A stretch of DNA of 64,000 nucleotides from Candidatus Thorarchaeota archaeon (GTDB taxonomy: Archaea > Asgardarchaeota > Thorarchaeia > Thorarchaeales > Thorarchaeaceae): positions 96,001 through 160,000 of the forward strand of contig RDOC01000003.1 in NCBI GenBank assembly GCA_011364985.1. The letters are read 5' to 3'. Below are positions 59,335-64,000 of the stretch, piece by piece. The notes beneath the pieces were generated by a model. The model was not told the origin of the DNA and made no database searches. It worked only from the letters and a program-made list of their open reading frames with translations. Both the position numbers and the translations under genes were made by a program. Position 1 is the stretch's first letter. Every line of letters begins with the position of its first letter.

Positions 59335-60342
59335 CTATGAGTTCGTGTCTTCTACAATATGGATTATGTTTTCTCTTCCCTCTCGAAATCTACGAACTAG
59401 GCCACGCTCTTCTAAGCCCGCGAGAACTATGCTTATTTTAGACTGGGACGTATCCAAGTCGGTATATAGCTCCTTCTGTGAGCAGGACCCACCCTTAGAC
59501 TTGATTGTTTCAAGGATTTCCTTCTCTTCGTTTGTGACCCCTACAAATCGAACTGAACCTATTTGCCTCACTCGTCGAATAACTCGAGGGGTGACTAGGA
59601 CGATAACCGCGCCAAGAAACCCACCAAGGAGAAGAAAGAGAGAACTACACGGAAGGAAGGCTTGTGTGAGGGTTGCAGCTCCTGGTAGTTGGTACCTAAT
59701 TATGAAAGCTTGCTCCTGTCCAGCCTGAAGACTTCCTAAATTCCACAGGAAAATCAAGGAAGCCCCATCAGTGTAGTTTTCACTAGCCCTCGGGAATAGA
59801 GGCCCAGCGGTTTCCTGTGAAAGGGTAGCTCCCTCAGGAAGAATTACCCTAAAGATGAAGTTGCGAAATGTTGCTAGAGGACGAACATAGAATATGAAGT
59901 CACCTAAAAGATAGACACCGTCAAAGCTAGTGGCAGCGTCAGTCTGAAGATCAGTCATCTCAAGCTCCAGCTTCATTTCAGCAGATGAATTGGACGCCAA
60001 GCCGCCAAGAATTGGCAGTTGGATTAATGTGTAACGATCCTCAATACTTGCGGTGGCATCTGCATCTTGCCCCTCTATTTGCGAGGCTAGAATCTGTGTG
60101 GTTAGTGAGTCGACTCGAAGCATCACATTGGTTATTGCATCCGGTCCCAGATTGTGAATAGCTGCGGTGATCTCCATAGTGGTCGTTCCGCTCTCTGATA
60201 GTATGGCAGTGATATCAACGGAGTCAAACTCAACGATACTTGTCTGAGCTAAGGCAACAGGAATCTGAAAGGAAGCCGCAACCGGAAATAGCAGTAGAAA
60301 CGTCATCAGTATTAATCCAATTCGTTTCAAGTACACGACCAC
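59335..60342 (-). CDS. Membrane-anchored winged-helix protein (extracellular domain - TM - wHTH; COG2512-like)
   Basis: Signal peptide, beta-rich domain with V.LPEGA, TM, then EK.ILE.I...GG...QKEL......SQSK.S..L..LE.RGLV.R...GREN. Confidence 0.85.
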   Translation of the reverse strand: MVVYLKRIGLILMTFLLLFPVAASFQIPVALAQTSIVEFDSVDITAILSESGTTTMEITAAIHNLGPDAITNVMLRVDSLTTQILASQIEGQDADATASIEDRYTLIQLPILGGLASNSSAEMKLELEMTDLQTDAATSFDGVYLLGDFIFYVRPLATFRNFIFRVILPEGATLSQETAGPLFPRASENYTDGASLIFLWNLGSLQAGQEQAFIIRYQLPGAATLTQAFLPCSSLFLLLGGFLGAVIVLVTPRVIRRVRQIGSVRFVGVTNEEKEILETIKSKGGSCSQKELYTDLDTSQSKISIVLAGLEERGLVRRFREGRENIIHIVEDTNS

Positions 60343-60399
60343 CGTTAGTAGCCCACTTCACGCATTTGTGAATATGAAAGAACCGGATGTTGCATAATT

Positions 60400-60435
60400 T
60401 AAGAAAGAAAGAGGATAGTGGCGGCAGCCACTATC
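60400..60435 (-). terminator. Hairpin plus pyrimidine tract after the cell-surface protein gene
   Basis: Perfect 9-bp stem GATAGTGGC-4nt-GCCACTATC, then CTCTTTCTTTCTT on the minus strand. Confidence 0.6.
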
Positions 60436-60446
60436 TGAGGTTTCAA

Positions 60447-61610
60447 CTATCTCCTACGAAGAACAATTGCTGCTAGAGCAACAATGGCAACTGCACCTAT
60501 TCCAAGAACAAGAACTTGTTCCGAGAGGAGGCCAATCAGAGGCGTGCCGTTCTCATCAACACCAATAGATGGATCATGCAGCAAGGTTCCATTATCGAAG
60601 TTGGGGTAAGCGAGGTAAACAGCCAAACCAGTACCATAAGGTACGTAGGATGCGGTTACGTTGACTGCCTCCTGCTCGCCGCCCAGCCAGGTGATAACTG
60701 CTGTATCAACCCAGCGAAAGAAACCTTGAGCAACATCTGTAATTGAATCGACCATATCAATCTGTTGAACATCACTTCCAGTCATAGTCTCAAATCGGGT
60801 TTCGTTACCGTCTTCAGTATTCCAGTTCATATCCGATGTCATGGTCACATTGCGATTTCGCTCTCTGGTTTCAAACCTATGACGAAGCAGATTGCCATCC
60901 TCTCTCGACAGGCCTTCATGTAGATGAGTCTGTATGGCCACCATTGAGGTCTCCGATGAGAATGGAAAGTTCCCAATCTCGATATCCATCTTCAGTTCGG
61001 TGCCACCCTCAACAAGGTAGTATGCACGGGTGCCATTGCTATCCACAACCTCACCAGAGTAGTCCTCAAGATAGACGTGAGCCCATATCTGAAGTGTAAC
61101 ATCCTCAAAGGTTTCGATTGCTCCGGTTCCAAGCATTGGTCGTTCGGGGTCATGGGGAGCCATGACTCGATATGTCTTAATCGCACCCTTGGTGTACTTT
61201 AGCCAGATTTCGGTGGTTAGGCCATTATCTTCAACGGTCCCCACTTGTAGAGTCCATTCGTATGCAGAAAGAGATGCAAACTGAATCACCTCGTCTTGCT
61301 GAAACGCTCCATCAGCGTTCTCGTCCTCAAACTCAATGAGCGTTGTATATCCTGCTTTGAACAAGGCAAAAGACCCGTTTTGATCATTCGTGTACCAGAA
61401 GTGGAACATTGGAAACTCGGCATTAGCCTTTATAGAGATGATATCTGTGAAGATAGTCACAGTACCGTCATTTCCTCTCTGGTAGCGCGGCATTCGTCGC
61501 ATATCAGGCTGATTAGGACCATTTGCCTGAGCGTTTACGGTGACCACCATCGGCTCTAGGACAAAGAGCGCGAGTAGCAGTCCAAGCATTAGTGTGGTTC
61601 GTTTGTTCAT
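60447..61610 (-). CDS. Acidic secreted/cell-surface glycoprotein with C-terminal TM anchor
   Basis: Signal peptide, L.EF.D...DG, K.DI.I..FP, YP.F....HDPSIG, C-terminal TM + RRR. Confidence 0.75.
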   Translation of the reverse strand: MNKRTTLMLGLLLALFVLEPMVVTVNAQANGPNQPDMRRMPRYQRGNDGTVTIFTDIISIKANAEFPMFHFWYTNDQNGSFALFKAGYTTLIEFEDENADGAFQQDEVIQFASLSAYEWTLQVGTVEDNGLTTEIWLKYTKGAIKTYRVMAPHDPERPMLGTGAIETFEDVTLQIWAHVYLEDYSGEVVDSNGTRAYYLVEGGTELKMDIEIGNFPFSSETSMVAIQTHLHEGLSREDGNLLRHRFETRERNRNVTMTSDMNWNTEDGNETRFETMTGSDVQQIDMVDSITDVAQGFFRWVDTAVITWLGGEQEAVNVTASYVPYGTGLAVYLAYPNFDNGTLLHDPSIGVDENGTPLIGLLSEQVLVLGIGAVAIVALAAIVLRRR

Positions 61611-61807
61611 TTGTCACACCTGACTCGCAACCCCTTATCTTGATATATAACGACTTTTTTACAGAATAAGTTGATCTGTCCTGAAAAGAAGGCTATTGTG
61701 CCGTTTACTGACAGTAAAGGCTTTATGAATCCTTCAAATGGTTGGAATAATGAGGCCGATACAAACAAAAGCGTGTTCGTAGTGAGTTGCGTCTTTGGAG
61801 AGATTCG

Positions 61808-63013
61808 ATGACTCGAGACCTCATTATAGTTGGAGGTGGGCCGGCAGGGGCTAGCTGTGCCAGACGTGCCTCAAAGCTTGGGCTTGATGTGCTTGTGTTC
61901 GAGAAGGCAGTTCACCCAAGACGTAAGGCATGTGGCGGGGGCCTGATTCTTCAAGTGAGAGAGTCGCTAGACTTCGATATCTCAAGTGTGATAGAGAGAG
62001 AACAGTGCGGTCTTCGATTGCATAGTCCCTCAGGCATTATAGCTGAAAGTCATAGGCAGGAGATTACTGGTTACACAGTACGAAGAGAAGATTTCGATTA
62101 TCTGCTATTGAAGAAGGCCGAAGAAGCAGGTGCGGAAGTAATCCAAAATACGAAGGTAACTGATGTCGTTGAAGAGGCGAACTGCATTTCAGTAATAACC
62201 AACGAAGAGAGAGAAAAAGCCAAGCTTGTAGTTGGAGCAGATGGGGTCAATAGCACCATAGCAAGAAAAAGCGGGCTTCACGAACGATGGAAGGATAATG
62301 AGATCGCCCTCACTTTCGAGGCTTCTATTCCGATGGATTCTGCTGACATCCTACGAATATCAGGAAGTCCTGAGCATCATGAGTGTGTATTCATAGACAT
62401 ATTCTTTGGAGCCACGCCTCTAGGATACGCTTGGGCGTTCCCAAAAAAGAATGAATATAGCCTTGGAATTGGAGCGATGGTCAGTGTCATGTCGAACTTC
62501 AAGGAATCGTGGGTGAAATTTGTTCATAACTTCATGGAGAGACACAATGTAGAATGCGATCTGTCTCAACAGACTGCAACTCGTATACCCTTAGGTGGCC
62601 TCATTCCGAATCTTTGCTCCAAGAGAATAATGCTGGCGGGGGATTCCGCAGGCTTTGTGTCTCCAGCCACAGGAGAGGGAATTCACTATGCTATTGAATC
62701 CGGCATGATGGCGGCTAAAGTCGCTCAAGGCATTGTTGAAGGTAGATCAGATGTGACCACAGCATCCTACGCAAAAACCTGCAGAGAAACAATTGGTAAT
62801 GACCTTAGGATTGGACGAGTCCTCCAGAAACTACTGTTCAAGTCAACTGAAAACATGGAACGATTCATTCGGATGTGCGAGAAGGACGAAGTCATGAAAG
62901 AGTATTCGTTGGAGCTTGTGATGGGGTATGTGCCCTTCAAAACAAGCAGGTCGCGAATGACCAAGAGGATGCTCAGGAAGCATCTGGGCCAAGCTATACG
63001 TCTACTGATTTAG
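61808..63013 (+). CDS. Geranylgeranyl reductase family flavoprotein
   Basis: GGGPAG, EK...PR.KACGG, GADG, GYAW.FPK, GDSAG.V.P.TGEGI.YA. Confidence 0.93.
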   Translation: MTRDLIIVGGGPAGASCARRASKLGLDVLVFEKAVHPRRKACGGGLILQVRESLDFDISSVIEREQCGLRLHSPSGIIAESHRQEITGYTVRREDFDYLLLKKAEEAGAEVIQNTKVTDVVEEANCISVITNEEREKAKLVVGADGVNSTIARKSGLHERWKDNEIALTFEASIPMDSADILRISGSPEHHECVFIDIFFGATPLGYAWAFPKKNEYSLGIGAMVSVMSNFKESWVKFVHNFMERHNVECDLSQQTATRIPLGGLIPNLCSKRIMLAGDSAGFVSPATGEGIHYAIESGMMAAKVAQGIVEGRSDVTTASYAKTCRETIGNDLRIGRVLQKLLFKSTENMERFIRMCEKDEVMKEYSLELVMGYVPFKTSRSRMTKRMLRKHLGQAIRLLI

Positions 63014-63170
63014 ACTCACTGTGAGCAGAGTCTTTCATTGTTTAGCAAGAATATATTGAAAAATAGTTCCCAACTTAGTTCATGTATTCATGGAGAACAA
63101 GTCTGATATGATTGACCCTCAAGAAGTTAAATGTCTCTAAGCTGCCATCAAGAATCTAAACCTTGACTAT

Positions 63171-63629
63171 ATGCGAGGGCTGATTTCTGAATCAGATTAT
63201 AATAGGCAATCAGAGCAACTCAAAGAGCGTCTTGATCAGCTTGGGGAAATCCCAACAGGGCTGTCGGAAGCACGGAAATCACTCCAGACTTCTCCACAGG
63301 TGCAAAACAAGCAGGTCTTGACTGATCCCGTGACTGCCGTGAAGAAAGCAGTTCAATCAATGCGAAGAATTCCTATAGAACGCATTGCTCAAGAATCAGG
63401 TGTTGATGCTATTCAAGTGACTCGTATCCTTACAGATTTGCTCGACGGACGTGAACTCTCAGGCCGGATTGACCATGATGCAGGCGATTTCATTCTGGGA
63501 ACTGGGAGTAGGCCGCCGCCAAAGACCATAGCGGTATGTCCTTATTGTCGAAGTGATTTGCAGCGAATCGCGGTTAGAGGAGAAACCATGACTTGTGATG
63601 TATGCCGCGAGTCGTTTATTGTTTCATAG
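63171..63629 (+). CDS. SHOCT-like + PCI/winged-helix + Zn-ribbon protein
   Basis: RGLISE.DY...; RIPIERIA...GV....V..IL..L.....LSGRID; CPYC...CDVC; upstream in-frame segment broken by TAA 63138. Confidence 0.75.
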   Translation: MRGLISESDYNRQSEQLKERLDQLGEIPTGLSEARKSLQTSPQVQNKQVLTDPVTAVKKAVQSMRRIPIERIAQESGVDAIQVTRILTDLLDGRELSGRIDHDAGDFILGTGSRPPPKTIAVCPYCRSDLQRIAVRGETMTCDVCRESFIVS

Positions 63630-63748
63630 AAACCTTTGTCCAGAATTGACCTAGTGTTCTTAAGAAGGAGGTGGCATACTTCTGCCCGTTTGACTTGTAT
63701 TGGACGAGGCAATGTTGATGACACTGTTTCAAGCATGCCTTAACGGGA

Positions 63749-64000
63749 ATGAATCAGAAGCTGTTTCACAGTCAGCAGAAATGATTTCCATAGGTCAACC
63801 AGCTGCGCTATGGGCCATAATGATGCACGTTGCAAGTTGGCATGAACAGACAGAGTTTGACACGTCCCATTCAACAATCATGACCTATGCGACACACAGA
63901 CTAGTTGAAGACCTTGGCTTCAACGATGAGATACTGGTAGAAGGTTCCGCTACGACCCCTGTCAAGATTCACGATGATCTCAGGATTCCACTTCAGAGAT
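63749..64000 (+). CDS. Possible ORF running off the window end
   Basis: Open frame from ATG 63749 to the end; no family recognised. Confidence 0.3.

Noticed and set aside
1-64000. Genome-wide amber recoding
   Set aside because: TAG ends many conserved genes at their expected C-termini (fen, srp54, atpB, rpl35ae); in-frame TAGs occur mainly in remnants that also have frameshifts
1-64000. CRISPR array, transposase, integrase, rRNA
   Set aside because: No regularly spaced repeats or recognisable motifs found by eye; short degenerate elements could be missed

Overview
Gene-dense archaeal chromosomal window, most likely from an Asgard archaeon (Thorarchaeia-like). The taxonomy is inferred from four Roadblock/LC7 genes, an MglA-type GTPase, a Sec23/24-like Zn-finger/vWA protein, a PCI-like protein, an RPA32-like protein, aEF-1beta, eL33 and eS8. 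Most of the window is housekeeping. Translation genes include aIF-2beta, aEF-1beta, uL16, eL33, eS8, SRP54, a DRG GTPase, deoxyhypusine synthase, TrmJ and a TrmY-like protein. DNA maintenance genes include FEN1, RPA, Hef, UDG and Smc-ScpA-ScpB. Metabolic genes include a dispersed A-type ATPase (F, A, B), AOR, DeoC, ADP-forming acyl-CoA synthetase, GlmU, RibL, cis-prenyltransferase, GGR and HypA/E; Cdc48 is also present. The most interesting region is 43.5-51.6 kb, just upstream of smc. It holds a candidate small-GTPase/coat-like module (MglA GTPase, four Roadblock proteins, Sec23/24-like protein), followed by uppS and an unusual protein that appears to be four tandem AAA+-lid (or histone-fold-like) units. 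Other notable items are a structured ~120-nt CCA-ending ncRNA candidate upstream of dys, a tandem VirB2/TrbC-like pilin between atpA and atpB, two genes apparently needing non-canonical starts or readthrough, and at least two pseudogenes not in the ORF track. No rRNA, canonical tRNA, CRISPR array or intact mobile element was recognised. All calls come from motif recognition by eye; no searches were run.
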